A stretch of DNA of 64,000 nt, taken from a virus. Of the stretch, positions 43,605-54,119 are shown piece after piece. The stretch spans positions 3,408 to 67,407 of the IMG/VR virus record IMGVR_UViG_3300036859_000232. One strand, given 5' to 3'. The notes under the pieces were generated by a model, which saw only the letters and a list, made by a program, of their open reading frames with translations, was not told where the DNA came from and did no database searches. The stretch's first letter is position 1, and each line of letters opens with the position of its first letter. The position numbers were made by a program, and so were the translations under genes.

Positions 43605-44774
43605 TCAGTAGATGCCGTGGAAGGGACAAATGCGGATGTCTTGGATCTCCTGCTGGCTGGTGCCGTCAGACAAAAAAGTGACTGGTTGGAGGATGAAATA
43701 CACTCCGCCGTATGGATCACGGCCACCATCCGTCGCAACGAGAACCTGCCCCACTTGGTCCCATTCGCCGGTCATACCGCCATATCCACCAGTGAGTCGA
43801 GGTCCGACTTGATTGCCATCCCAATCAAGTATCTGACTCATCGTGTTGCTGCCACCCAGACCCAAGCTGATCGCGCCACTGCGATACCAGTAGCGATGTG
43901 TTGGGTCAGGTGTAACGAAGGTGATGCCGTATGTTTGTTCTCCGAATAACCCTTGACCAACGACATTCATCGGGTACGACCACTGCTGCCCGTACGCGCC
44001 GAATGCGTCATGCACGACATGGTGACTTCCGTCCCAGGCGAACATGTAATGCGAATTATCGGTGAACCCGAAACTCGACACGTTGAAGCCAAAAACATCA
44101 TCGGGTGAGAGTTGCGCGATGACGTCCCCGTCTCCATCTCGCGAGAACACGCGTACGACGGGCTCGTCACCGAATGGTGCGTTTATCGCGAGCTGATTGC
44201 CGTCATACGACCAGCAATAGCTATAGATGGGTTTCGTCGATGTGAGTCCCGTTGCGGAAACGTCAACCACATCCACCGTCATCGTGGTGGTGTTCAGTCG
44301 GAAGATTCGTGGTTGCGGATGAGTTAGATCGGTGGCGAGGAATGAACAGTTGTTCGTGCGAGGGATGAACCGTAATTGCGTGCGTACCTCTAGCGTTGAC
44401 GGGATGTCGTACTTATCGCTCAGGTCCGGTTCCCAGTCCGCGATGACATCACTTGTCGTATCCATCTTTGCGAACCACGGCTCGTGGCTTTGTGGGTCCG
44501 TGTCTATCCCGCCGAAGGTCGAGTCGTAGGTCAGACCTACCACCACCATCGACTTGTCGAGGTTCCAGCCTGACCACACGTTATAGTCAAGAAAGATTCC
44601 CGCTGACTCCAGGAACTCCGGTACATCCGGATCGAACCGTTGGAAGGTCACTCCGGGATGTTGTTGCTGTGGTGGGAAACGTCGTCGGCCGCGGAGGTAA
44701 CCGAGGATCGGGCGGATGACGACATCGCCGAGATCTGGCTCGACCCATCCCCAATAATCATTGTCCACCGTCAC
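43605..44774 (-). CDS. Beta-propeller-like virion protein (possible receptor binding)
   Basis: WSYDGNQLAI / FTDNSHYMF propeller-like repeats. In the tail region. Confidence 0.55.
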   Translation of the reverse strand: MTVDNDYWGWVEPDLGDVVIRPILGYLRGRRRFPPQQQHPGVTFQRFDPDVPEFLESAGIFLDYNVWSGWNLDKSMVVVGLTYDSTFGGIDTDPQSHEPWFAKMDTTSDVIADWEPDLSDKYDIPSTLEVRTQLRFIPRTNNCSFLATDLTHPQPRIFRLNTTTMTVDVVDVSATGLTSTKPIYSYCWSYDGNQLAINAPFGDEPVVRVFSRDGDGDVIAQLSPDDVFGFNVSSFGFTDNSHYMFAWDGSHHVVHDAFGAYGQQWSYPMNVVGQGLFGEQTYGITFVTPDPTHRYWYRSGAISLGLGGSNTMSQILDWDGNQVGPRLTGGYGGMTGEWDQVGQVLVATDGGRDPYGGVYFILQPVTFLSDGTSQQEIQDIRICPFHGIY

Positions 44775-45535
44775 CCAAGAACCGTCCAAACGTCTTGATC
44801 GAAAGAAAGGTCTTCCGGATCAGTCGGATCTTCACCGGGAGGCCATGTAGCAGGCACGTCGTCGATCGTCTTGCGGATTGCTCCATAGAATTGCCCGCGG
44901 CCGTGGATGAGATCGATCATCGTCCAGTCGCCCGTCAGATCGGTGGACGAGGCGATGCCACCATGACCCGTCAGTGGTGCATCCATCGTGAAGTCGCCCG
45001 CAAGGTCCGGAATGGTGAGAGTTCCGATGCCCTTGAGGATGGCGATCATCGTCTGTTCGAGAACGGTCATGGTGGGCGACATTGTCCCGACACCGTGAAC
45101 GATTAGTTCCATGCCGAAGGCCTCCTGCGCGGTGGGCGAACAGGATCCGACGCCGGTCATTTGGCACGCGATAGCGAACGATTCCTCTAGGGAAAACGTG
45201 CCTGCACCTACGCCGAGGATGACGAGTGCCATGGCGTAGGTTTCGTTCAGTTCAACGGAAAGGGAGCCTTGCCCGAGTGCCGCCATTTGCATGGCGAATA
45301 CTTCCTGAAGTTCTGCTGCGAGAGTTCCGACACCGGTTGTCGTGAGTTGGATGACTATGTCGTTTTGAAGGTCGGGGGTGAGGGTCCCGACTCCGGTCAT
45401 GGTCGAGAGGAGACCAAGGTCCACAATGGCGTCTGCGGTAAGGGAGCCGACTCCGATCATGCGGGCTTCCATTGTGAGCCGACATTCATCGGACGTGTTG
45501 ACCGGTGGACTACTGAAGTTAAGAAGGGTCGCCAT
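44771..45535 (-). CDS. Repetitive virion protein (about 19-aa M.G.G.L repeats)
   Basis: Periodic GVG(T/S)L motif. Confidence 0.6.
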   Translation of the reverse strand: MATLLNFSSPPVNTSDECRLTMEARMIGVGSLTADAIVDLGLLSTMTGVGTLTPDLQNDIVIQLTTTGVGTLAAELQEVFAMQMAALGQGSLSVELNETYAMALVILGVGAGTFSLEESFAIACQMTGVGSCSPTAQEAFGMELIVHGVGTMSPTMTVLEQTMIAILKGIGTLTIPDLAGDFTMDAPLTGHGGIASSTDLTGDWTMIDLIHGRGQFYGAIRKTIDDVPATWPPGEDPTDPEDLSFDQDVWTVLG

Positions 45536-45544
45536 GGGTCGCCA

Positions 45545-45901
45545 TCAGCCGAAGGTCCCACGGGCCAGGCACATCCCGTTCTTGAACTCGATTCCGAGCA
45601 CGAAGTTTGCCCACGCAACAAAGTTGAACGGGACCACAAAGTCCTTGTCGGTAATGGACGTCATGAAGTCGATGTAGTCATCGGTGAAGTTGATGATGAG
45701 CGAGAAGTTAGCCCATGGGAGGAAAGTGAAGGGGACCGTGAAGTCCTTGTCGGTGATATCGGTGGCGTAGTCGATCCAGTCATCGGTAAAACCGATACCG
45801 AGTGCAAAGTTGTCCCAGTCATTGAACGTCAGCGGAACATCGAATGTGCGGGGTGGGGTGTCGTCAAGGTTCGGGTAGTTGAAGTCGAGTAACGTCGCCA
45901 A
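45545..45901 (-). CDS. Small virion protein with 34-aa tandem repeats
   Basis: F.VP..F..W.NF.L.I.F(TDD.ID..T.ITDKD) about x2.6. Confidence 0.6.
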   Translation of the reverse strand: MATLLDFNYPNLDDTPPRTFDVPLTFNDWDNFALGIGFTDDWIDYATDITDKDFTVPFTFLPWANFSLIINFTDDYIDFMTSITDKDFVVPFNFVAWANFVLGIEFKNGMCLARGTFG

Positions 45902-45905
45902 GGCG

Positions 45906-46868
45906 CTAGACCGGGCGAGTGATGATGTGTGAGGTTAAATTAACCGCACCAAACGAATCCTTACCTATAACGGTCCAGGTGTTCCCGTCAATGACGGTAG
46001 TGTCCCCCAATTCAACGGTTCCCCCGGTAGGGATGGCTAAGAAGTCGGCCTTGATAAGTCCTCTCATTCCTCCCGCAAGTCTCATGTTTGTCGCACCGGA
46101 AACGTGTGTGAGCCGGATGCGTGCTGCAACCCCCTTGCCTCCCTGCCAGTAATCGTTTTCGTTTACTGCGTTGGAGCCCTCTTGGAGAGTCCATGCTCCG
46201 GAGGTAGCGCTTACCCACTTGGACACTGTCGCGTCAGTGACGCCCGGGAGCCGCGAGAAGGCCGCAGAACTGGTCGAGGTGTCCACTATGCAGAGTGGAC
46301 ACCCGTCAGAGTATGCAGAAATGAGCGAGTCCATCAGGTGCGCACCCCAGTTACTAGACGTGCTCCCGACACGCGTGGCGTAGTGAACGGCGTTCTTCGT
46401 GAGCTTGAGCCAGTACGAGAAGCCGGTCGTGTTCAGGACAGCGGTTGCCCCTCTTCGTGCCCCAGTCACGCTGGCGTAGCTGGCGAGAGTGTCGGTACGC
46501 CAGAAGCCTGTCCCAACCGGTGCGGATGTTGATGCACTTGCGCAAGGTCGTCTGAACCGTTTGTTCGTGCTTCCTTCATAGTCCTCGAACGCACCAAAAG
46601 AGGATGTCGACGCACCGTCAGGAACCGGAATCTCCAGCGCGAAGTACCAGTCCGTTCCTGAGTCGTTGGCGTCGGTGCCTGATCCCGCGCACTTGAAAAC
46701 ATCGAGAGAGTACGAACTGCTACCAGATTGTCCTGTTCCCGTTCCCGCTGACACGTTCTCCACGAATGACCAGTTCGCAACACCCGATCCGCCGACGAGA
46801 TCCTTCAACTTCTGAGACATCTGCGACCAAGGTGAGGCGTGTGTGATGGTTCCAGCGGACCAGGCCAC
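45906..46868 (-). CDS. Minor virion protein
   Basis: Ser/Thr/Gly-rich. GDT.VIDG..W C-terminal motif. Confidence 0.6.
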   Translation of the reverse strand: MAWSAGTITHASPWSQMSQKLKDLVGGSGVANWSFVENVSAGTGTGQSGSSSYSLDVFKCAGSGTDANDSGTDWYFALEIPVPDGASTSSFGAFEDYEGSTNKRFRRPCASASTSAPVGTGFWRTDTLASYASVTGARRGATAVLNTTGFSYWLKLTKNAVHYATRVGSTSSNWGAHLMDSLISAYSDGCPLCIVDTSTSSAAFSRLPGVTDATVSKWVSATSGAWTLQEGSNAVNENDYWQGGKGVAARIRLTHVSGATNMRLAGGMRGLIKADFLAIPTGGTVELGDTTVIDGNTWTVIGKDSFGAVNLTSHIITRPV

Positions 46869-46871
46869 GAC

Positions 46872-47279
46872 TTAACTTTCCTGGACGACGACGCCGCCCA
46901 CCGCGAACCTGACCGAATCTCCGGTGTTGACGACACGGTTGGTCGTCAAATTCCCCCAGTAATGGATGTTCTCGGTTGTTGCTGCCTTGAGACTCGCGGC
47001 TACCACGGTTCCCCAGTTCGCTGTTGCGGTCGCCCAGGAGATGATGTTCGTGTTGGATGTTTGTTGTGACGCCACAGCCGCCCAGTTGCTTGTGTCCAGC
47101 GGGTAGGTCTGTCGCGCGTATCCAGTCCCAATCGTTGAGACCTCCGTGCCACCACCAGAGCTGGTCGGTGCGGTCGTGTATAACTCGACATCAAGGTTGG
47201 CAGGTGGCGTGAACGTCGCCTCGCTCGTCCAATGCTTAAGGATCAGGTTCGAGAGGAAGTTACCCTTGCCGGAAGCCAT
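46872..47279 (-). CDS. Tail fibre-associated structural protein
   Basis: LYT.AP...GGTEVS...GYARQ...ATANWGTV...GD...F..G motif common in phage tail proteins. Confidence 0.75.
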   Translation of the reverse strand: MASGKGNFLSNLILKHWTSEATFTPPANLDVELYTTAPTSSGGGTEVSTIGTGYARQTYPLDTSNWAAVASQQTSNTNIISWATATANWGTVVAASLKAATTENIHYWGNLTTNRVVNTGDSVRFAVGGVVVQES

Positions 47280-47521
47280 CAGTTACCCCCCGTCAAGAGT
47301 TCGGTGATGAGGTCATGAGCAGCGATCGAGAGCGTCCCTTTCGTTACTTCTCGCGCACCATGCAACTGCGCGTTGATAATGAGCATGATCTTCTTCGGCA
47401 ATTCCTTTCCGTCGTCATCTTCCTCGTGATCCGTTATCGCCAACGAGAGGTCAGCCGTTGGGAACATCTTTCGTAGCACCGCCAGTTCGTCCTCAAAGTC
47501 ACTCAACTTCGGAGTCGCCAT
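47279..47521 (-). CDS. Hypothetical protein
   Basis: TGATG coupled. Confidence 0.55.
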   Translation of the reverse strand: MATPKLSDFEDELAVLRKMFPTADLSLAITDHEEDDDGKELPKKIMLIINAQLHGAREVTKGTLSIAAHDLITELLTGGN

Positions 47522-47934
47522 CAGTTCGCCCTCGCGTCAACCGAGAAGTCCGCGACCGCGTGCATCTCGACCTCGATGGTGTGCATGAGGCCGGTGAAGA
47601 ACTTCGGCCGCTCGTTCGCGAATGCCTCGAAGTGCTCAGGCCCGAGTTCTCCCATGTCCCGCCAGTTGAACTCGATGCCCATCTTCTCGAAGAACTTCGC
47701 GAGAACACATGCCTCCCAGTGGATGAGGGAGATGGACTTCCCCATGAAGTCGAGGACGACTTGTGTCGAGGCGTCGAGGAATTCAACCTTGCCTTCGAGA
47801 AGGTTGGTCTGCTGTTCGACCCGAGTGGTTGCAGCGTCGAGAAGGTCCCGTGATACCGCAAGAGTGTTCTGGAAGCGATACGCGATGACCGTGAAGACCA
47901 CGGTCAGGATTCCAATGACGATGTATGGTCCCAT
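47521..47934 (-). CDS. Membrane-anchored hypothetical protein
   Basis: GAGGAG RBS. N-terminal TM helix. Confidence 0.6.
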   Translation of the reverse strand: MGPYIVIGILTVVFTVIAYRFQNTLAVSRDLLDAATTRVEQQTNLLEGKVEFLDASTQVVLDFMGKSISLIHWEACVLAKFFEKMGIEFNWRDMGELGPEHFEAFANERPKFFTGLMHTIEVEMHAVADFSVDARAN

Positions 47935-47984
47935 GACTCCTCCTCTGAACGAAAGTACCAGTCACGCCTCCGGATAGGAACGCA

Positions 47985-48464
47985 TTACGCAGATTCGTCT
48001 TCTCGCAGCTCAACCGTCTCGACGAAATGGATAGTGACGCGAAGGGGTCCGGTCCCGCCTCCTGTCTCCAGAACGTCGACCGTGAAGATGTCACCTTTCT
48101 CGAACGTGGTTCGCAAAGGGAGCCGTTCAGGACCGACAACCTCACCAATCGGAACCGTGGGCAGACGCCCATTGAAGATGCTGATCCCGTTCTTGTAGAC
48201 CTCGAACTCAGCTTCAGTGGTTCCATCGCCAGATGACCGCTCGGCTCGTACGAACCTGATGACGCCATTCCTATCCGCGGCGAGGGAGTGCCCCGCAGCT
48301 ATCCGTAGGTTCTTCCAGGACTGCCAGCTATATGCACGGGTGGCGAGCGCGGCCAACAGCCGCAGGAGGTCGCCGTGGTCATGCCTCTCCAATGAACGAA
48401 GGCGTTCCTCGGCCGTAGCTATCTTGTCTGGAAGTCCACCGATACCTCCTCGCGGATCAGGCAT
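47985..48464 (-). CDS. Minor tail protein
   Basis: E.RLRSLER coiled start, VYKNG..IF and GD.FTVDV motifs. Confidence 0.65.
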   Translation of the reverse strand: MPDPRGGIGGLPDKIATAEERLRSLERHDHGDLLRLLAALATRAYSWQSWKNLRIAAGHSLAADRNGVIRFVRAERSSGDGTTEAEFEVYKNGISIFNGRLPTVPIGEVVGPERLPLRTTFEKGDIFTVDVLETGGGTGPLRVTIHFVETVELREDESA

Positions 48465-49545
48465 CTGATGTTCTCCCAAGCGGCGTTAGGGTCGTCTCGA
48501 TGATCGACTTCTTCCCTTGGACCTGACCGCTCACCCGTTGCAGTCGCATGAGTTCCTTTACATCGCGGCACCCGAGCAATTGACCGGACAATCGCGTGTC
48601 GCATCGTGTCCCTGGGATGAGTTGGCGCAGGTGTGGACCATCCTGATTCACTTGAGCGCTCACGTAGTTCGGTGGTGTTTTGAGGAACTCCCAACGCGAT
48701 AATGCAGCGGCATGTGCGGATTCGGCGTCCTTGATGTTCAAGTCTGTCTCGTGTTGCTCAACGAGTCCAAACACAGAATCCACTCCACCAGCCGACTCGT
48801 TGACCCGTTGTTCCCTCAACTCGCCAGTGAACCGGTATCTCGTTGCTAGATCCCCGCCGCGTTCCTCAAGGTCGGCCATTTCACACACCGGGTCCCAGAG
48901 CTTCAACACCTGGGGGAAGAGGATCTCCACACCGCCGATATAGATGGTCCGGGCGATCGCGGTGAAGTCCAACCCCGCGCTGAATACCGTCCTCATAAGG
49001 TCGGCGGCGCGTGGAGAGTCCTTCTTCTTCATGGTCATTTCCATGCTGATACCAGTGGGCTTGGCGGTCACACGGATGTTCGGCGACGGGTCTTCCTCTA
49101 ACGCGTCTTCCACTAACACATTGAAAATGTTCGCGAGGTCGGTCGAGAGATTCCGGTCGTGCAATGACAGGTACCGCCGCTCAAAGACCATGAAAATATC
49201 GCGCGCCGTGAATTCAATCAGTTTGCGGTTGAACTTGAGGGTCTGAAGCGGACCGGACCATGCAAGGTAGTTATCGGCATAGATGTTCATGTCGTGTGAC
49301 CACGTACGAATGGGATTAACGCGAACCTCGCTGATGCGACTGGCTCGTGCGTTCATGAGGTCGCAGCAGAACGATCGTGCCTCACCGGTTGTCGGCAGGC
49401 TCGCCCGTGCGCCCGAGAAGTTGTTCAGGATAGCGTCCCAACTCATCGCCTGGAACGGGAACTCGAACCGCGGGCCGGTTCCGCCCTTCTCCGTGATGAC
49501 TAGACGGTACTCAGGACATCCGAGTGTCGCGAGTGACTGTGCCAC
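48457..49545 (-). CDS. Minor tail (hub/Tal-like) protein
   Basis: LGC..Y start, WSGP and LIPG motifs. Second gene after tape measure. Confidence 0.7.
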   Translation of the reverse strand: MAQSLATLGCPEYRLVITEKGGTGPRFEFPFQAMSWDAILNNFSGARASLPTTGEARSFCCDLMNARASRISEVRVNPIRTWSHDMNIYADNYLAWSGPLQTLKFNRKLIEFTARDIFMVFERRYLSLHDRNLSTDLANIFNVLVEDALEEDPSPNIRVTAKPTGISMEMTMKKKDSPRAADLMRTVFSAGLDFTAIARTIYIGGVEILFPQVLKLWDPVCEMADLEERGGDLATRYRFTGELREQRVNESAGGVDSVFGLVEQHETDLNIKDAESAHAAALSRWEFLKTPPNYVSAQVNQDGPHLRQLIPGTRCDTRLSGQLLGCRDVKELMRLQRVSGQVQGKKSIIETTLTPLGRTSDA

Positions 49546-50643
49546 CTACAAACTCCGGTCGAAACGCTCGACCGTGACCAGAACGTCTTCATCACCGTTG
49601 TTCTCCACGCAGACGCAAAGGGACGTACACGCGGCCATGTCCGGTGGTGCGAACAGGTCACCTTCGACACGGTTGGAGACATACGGATCGAGAATCGCAA
49701 ACCCTGAACGGTAGTCCTTCAATGAAGGATCCCAATACTGCACCTTGCGGGTACGACCATCGATGACGAGCTTGGCGTCCTGCTCGATTTCAGTCACGCG
49801 GTACGACCAACACGGTGACCCCTCGTGTCCGGGTGGACAATTGTCATCGAAGGTCGGGCGTGCCGTGATGTCGATGTCGGTCGCATCTCCACCCGTGGCC
49901 TCGACAGTGATACGAAGAGTAGCGTCTCCTGGCCACTTATTGGTTGTCGTGATACCACACACTTGATCGGTTGGTTCTGCGACCTCCTCGATAACTGTTT
50001 CTGCTGGCGCGTAAAGGAATGGCATCTGTGCGCCGAGTTGGAAGGATACCTGCTGGATACGGTGCTCGTTGAGTCCTTCGCGGATCTGCGATGGAGGGAT
50101 GTAGTCGACAAGTCCAACACCAACCATGTGACGGAAGTACGGCTCAGAGTCGGAACCTGCGGCTGTATCGGGACAGGACTTCAACATCGTCAATTCGTCA
50201 TTAACACATGCCGAACAACATCCGCGAAGAACCTCGTACAGCCATGACTCTCCGTAATCCATACCGCGTTCAGAGGTAGAGATGAGCTGTCCGTTCACCG
50301 AGATTATTCGCTGGTGAAGCTCAAGTGGAGACAGCCAGCCACCGACATCTGAGCGTGCCGTCATCTCACGATCGAATGGGCTCCCAAGAGAGATGTACCC
50401 AGGGAATAGACCGAGGAACTCCTCCGACTCCGGTCGGTTGGAGTCATACCAGGGCGCATCGTCATCGGCGGGATTCGTGTATTCCAGAACGACGTCGTAG
50501 TCATCCGTCTGGTCGAGAGCATCACAATGACACCCGGTCGCAACGTTGAAACTCGCTCCACCGAGTTCCTTCATATAGGCGCGCGTGCGATTGCCGTTGG
50601 CGATCTCACGACCGCTGAGGCAAAGATACTTTTGCCACCGCAT
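49546..50643 (-). CDS. Distal tail (Dit-like) protein
   Basis: EIAN..RT.AY, Y..PA.D.APWYD..RPES.EFLG and LVIDGR motifs. Follows tape measure. Confidence 0.75.
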   Translation of the reverse strand: MRWQKYLCLSGREIANGNRTRAYMKELGGASFNVATGCHCDALDQTDDYDVVLEYTNPADDDAPWYDSNRPESEEFLGLFPGYISLGSPFDREMTARSDVGGWLSPLELHQRIISVNGQLISTSERGMDYGESWLYEVLRGCCSACVNDELTMLKSCPDTAAGSDSEPYFRHMVGVGLVDYIPPSQIREGLNEHRIQQVSFQLGAQMPFLYAPAETVIEEVAEPTDQVCGITTTNKWPGDATLRITVEATGGDATDIDITARPTFDDNCPPGHEGSPCWSYRVTEIEQDAKLVIDGRTRKVQYWDPSLKDYRSGFAILDPYVSNRVEGDLFAPPDMAACTSLCVCVENNGDEDVLVTVERFDRSL

Positions 50644-53600
50644 CAGCGTGTGGACTCCTGCGCCAACCTCGCGGAGATAGCGAACCAGAGGTCTTCCTCG
50701 TCGCGATCGGCATGGTGGATGTTAAGCACGGGCGCGATGATTCTTGGTTCGCCCTGCTGCACCATCCGACGTGAATCCGGATGAGAGAAGACATCTGAAC
50801 CCTTCGGCAGATTGACCAATTCCGGTCCTTTCTCACCCACGACGGTCCACCCACCAAGGGAGTTTCGCATTCCGTGTTGCGCGACCGGTATGGTTCCCGG
50901 CAGAAGAGGAATACGGAAAGGATCCCCCTTGACGATGTTGTTGATGTCGATGATCGCGTTCTTCATCCGTTCTAATTTGTCGAGGATCTCTCCCAGCGTC
51001 AGATCCTCGGTATCGAATTTATCGTTCAACCTGTCAAGAGCTTGAGCCGCATCATCGATCGATCGTTTCGCTCGGATGTGAGCATCCTCAAGTCTCTGTT
51101 GGGCGTCAAAGAGATGACGTGAGTTCTCTCTCTCCAAGTCGTCCAACCTCTCTATCGCATCCTCGAATGCGCGCTGCCTGTCCTCGAACGCCTCCTGAAG
51201 CGCCTTGTTCGCATCGAATATCTGACGGTTGGATTCGATCTCCAGGTCATTGAGATCACGGATACGATCGGCATGTTCTCTCGCTGCATTTCTCCGGAAA
51301 TCCTCAAGCTCACGTTCCCGTTCGAGATTGAAGTCCTTGAGATCACCCCCACCACGAGCCTCGTTTAGTTTCTGACGAGCGGCACGTTCAGTAACAACAT
51401 CGTCCTCGCGCTGTGCATCCTCAATGGCTCGGAACGCTGAGACGATATCGAACGCAGCTTGGTCGCGAATCTTCTTTTCTTCACGCGCGAAATCCTGAAG
51501 CTTGCGGTTGTGGTCGCGATTGAGATCCTCAGTTTTACGGTTGTGTTCGAGGAGAGTCTCTTCCAATTTGCGCTGACGGTCCTCACGCGCACGCTGGAGT
51601 TTGATGTTCGCGTCTTCGATCTTCTCGTTTGCGTCTTGGAGGGAACGCTGGTTCTGTTGATTAACGTCACGTGTACGTTCAAGTGCATCTTCACGAGCAC
51701 GTGCCAGGTTGAGTTCAGCGTCAGTGATGGATTTGTCTGCGTCCTCGACTGCTCGCTGGTAACGGACGTGAGCATCGGCTAACTGCTGAAGATTCTCGGC
51801 AGTGAGTTCAGTCTCATCATTCAGCCCGCGGAGAGAATCGATAACCGTGTCTGAGATGCCGTCGAGATTAGAGAGTTCATCCGCGAACGCCTTGGCTTCC
51901 TTGCGCGCTGCTGCCCCGTTGTCGGTGAATAACTTCATGATTTTTGCTGCCACGTACAGGATGGGGAACATCACTTTGAGACCCTCGACGAGGTCATGGA
52001 AGATACGCAGGAGTACGGGAGAGTCCTTGATGAACGCTCTAATCCCGTCGATGAACTTCAACCAGAACACAACTCCGCGCGCCATGACGATGACGAAACC
52101 GAGCATGAGATCAGCGATTTTCGTCAGTATGGGTGCAAGTTGTGTTCCGAGATCCTTGATGACGTCGTCAATGACCGCACGAGTTACCTCGAAGATTTCG
52201 TTCAGGGTACGGGGAGCCTCAGGAATACGTTCCAGCCGAGCACGCGCTTCCTCAACGAGACCGAGTAGAGACAACAATGCACGTTCTCCGGACGTGAAGC
52301 TCCCTTCGATGGAGATACCAACGTCCTTTAACCCTTCGGCGATCCGCTTGAGGTCTTCCTCGTTCTGCGTGAAGTTAAGTCGCGTACGAGTAGCTTCGAG
52401 GTTCCCGGCGATAACGTCCTGAACGTCTTTGAGGGCTTGCTCGAATGTGACGCTGGCCTCGTGTCCTCGCCGCAGTCCTTCGGCGACCTTGAACAACGCG
52501 ATCGACATCCGGGACGCCGCGCCTTCGGAGATGTCGAAGCTCTGGAGGAGTTGTCCGACGCTGTTGAGGTAATCGAGAGCAGCGGTCTGCGAGACACCAA
52601 ACGCGAGTGTCGTGACTTCCGAGAACCGACGAACGATATCCGCGCTATCCCCGAACGTCGCTTCGATGTTGGCCTGGAGCGCGATGAACTGACTGCCGAT
52701 CTTTGCAGCCTCGATACCGAACTTGACGACAGCCTCGATCATCTCGCCGATCTTTTTGATGAACTCAGCGGCGATGAGGATGACTCCAGCCACGCCACCA
52801 GCGAAACCAGTACCGAGGAGAATGGAGACGTCGCTGATCGAGAAGCCGAACGAGGCGAGCGCACCTTCAGCCTTCCCGAAGATGCCGCCGAGTTTCCCTG
52901 CTACTCCACCGAGGAATCCACCGCGTTGTGCCAGATGGTCGAATGCACCACTAAGTTTGCCACTGGCCTCAGTGACGCCACTGGCCTTAGCTGCGAGGAT
53001 GTCGAACTCGCGCTGACGATCCTTCGCAAGTGCGGGATTGACACGATTGATGGCAGCGTTAAGTTCGGCACCGACCTTCTCCTGCGCCTTCAACTCCCGA
53101 TCGGCAGCTTCTTCCGCGGCTTTGGCCGATGCCTCCCATGCCTTCCGCCGTTCGATCGCGAGTTGGTGAGCCTCCTCGGTCTCCTGAAGGAACAACTCTT
53201 GACGGATATTACGGATCTCTTCTGTCTGTTGCTTCTCTACCTGAAACGATTGTTCCTTTGCAGCCGCGACTTCATGTGCTGCCTGAGTCTCTAACTCGAA
53301 GAGGGAGCGCTGTACGGCCTCGCGTTCTCTTAGCGTCCCGATCGGTTCACCAAGTCCCTCACGAAGTTTCTGTTGCACTGCTTCGAGTTGGGGGATGACA
53401 TCCGCAAATTGCGGGAAAAGTTCGATGCCCTTACTTGTCGCTGAGAGTTGACGGATCTTGCCTTCCAGGTCTCCTATTACTGTCGAGATGACCGCGAAGC
53501 CTTCCTTTGCACCCGAAACATCGAAGCTCTTGAGGATCCCGTTGATATCGAATTCGTCTCCGATTCCTTCGAGTTCTTGCCGGACACCCTCTGCGAACTT

Positions 53601-53690
53601 TTTGAACGCCCCACGCATGGACTCGAGAGACGCGATAGCTTCCGTCGCATTGACGGAAACTTCGAGTTCCGCGCTTCCAATGATGGGCAT
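50643..53690 (-). CDS. Tape measure protein
   Basis: 1015 aa helical/coiled-coil. IIGSA.LEV start. C-terminal VGEKGPELV.LP.GS.V. Confidence 0.9.
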   Translation of the reverse strand: MPIIGSAELEVSVNATEAIASLESMRGAFKKFAEGVRQELEGIGDEFDINGILKSFDVSGAKEGFAVISTVIGDLEGKIRQLSATSKGIELFPQFADVIPQLEAVQQKLREGLGEPIGTLREREAVQRSLFELETQAAHEVAAAKEQSFQVEKQQTEEIRNIRQELFLQETEEAHQLAIERRKAWEASAKAAEEAADRELKAQEKVGAELNAAINRVNPALAKDRQREFDILAAKASGVTEASGKLSGAFDHLAQRGGFLGGVAGKLGGIFGKAEGALASFGFSISDVSILLGTGFAGGVAGVILIAAEFIKKIGEMIEAVVKFGIEAAKIGSQFIALQANIEATFGDSADIVRRFSEVTTLAFGVSQTAALDYLNSVGQLLQSFDISEGAASRMSIALFKVAEGLRRGHEASVTFEQALKDVQDVIAGNLEATRTRLNFTQNEEDLKRIAEGLKDVGISIEGSFTSGERALLSLLGLVEEARARLERIPEAPRTLNEIFEVTRAVIDDVIKDLGTQLAPILTKIADLMLGFVIVMARGVVFWLKFIDGIRAFIKDSPVLLRIFHDLVEGLKVMFPILYVAAKIMKLFTDNGAAARKEAKAFADELSNLDGISDTVIDSLRGLNDETELTAENLQQLADAHVRYQRAVEDADKSITDAELNLARAREDALERTRDVNQQNQRSLQDANEKIEDANIKLQRAREDRQRKLEETLLEHNRKTEDLNRDHNRKLQDFAREEKKIRDQAAFDIVSAFRAIEDAQREDDVVTERAARQKLNEARGGGDLKDFNLERERELEDFRRNAAREHADRIRDLNDLEIESNRQIFDANKALQEAFEDRQRAFEDAIERLDDLERENSRHLFDAQQRLEDAHIRAKRSIDDAAQALDRLNDKFDTEDLTLGEILDKLERMKNAIIDINNIVKGDPFRIPLLPGTIPVAQHGMRNSLGGWTVVGEKGPELVNLPKGSDVFSHPDSRRMVQQGEPRIIAPVLNIHHADRDEEDLWFAISARLAQESTR

Positions 53691-53698
53691 GTCGCTAC

Positions 53699-54109
53699 CT
53701 AGGCGTCCTTACCGAGCGCCTTGACTTTGGGCTTCTGAATCGCCTTCGTGGCCTTGGACTTCTTCGTCGCGGTTCCGTTCGTCAAAGCCTTGACAGCCTC
53801 GCTGCGCTCGTCCATTCGTTCCCTGATGAGATCGGACAACCACTTCGAGATGTCGAGGAGATCTTCGGCGTCGATGTATGCCTCTGGATCGGTCATCAAC
53901 TTGTCCCACGACGGCCTGTCTTCCTTTACGATCATCTGACGGATGAACGCAGTGACCTGATCGACGGAAGATTCACCTTCGAGTTGTTCTGGCGGCTTGC
54001 GGACGGTTGCGATGGGAACGCCCGGATACGTACGGAAGGTCTTCCCACCCAACTTGAACTTGTGACCAGGCCGCTTCTTACGTTCTGCGTCAAAATCGCG
54101 TTCTGCCAT
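53699..54109 (-). CDS. Tail assembly chaperone (G-like)
   Basis: FKLGG.TF...L.DI..WL. Immediately upstream of tape measure. Confidence 0.7.
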   Translation of the reverse strand: MAERDFDAERKKRPGHKFKLGGKTFRTYPGVPIATVRKPPEQLEGESSVDQVTAFIRQMIVKEDRPSWDKLMTDPEAYIDAEDLLDISKWLSDLIRERMDERSEAVKALTNGTATKKSKATKAIQKPKVKALGKDA

Positions 54110-54119
54110 GTGCTACCTC

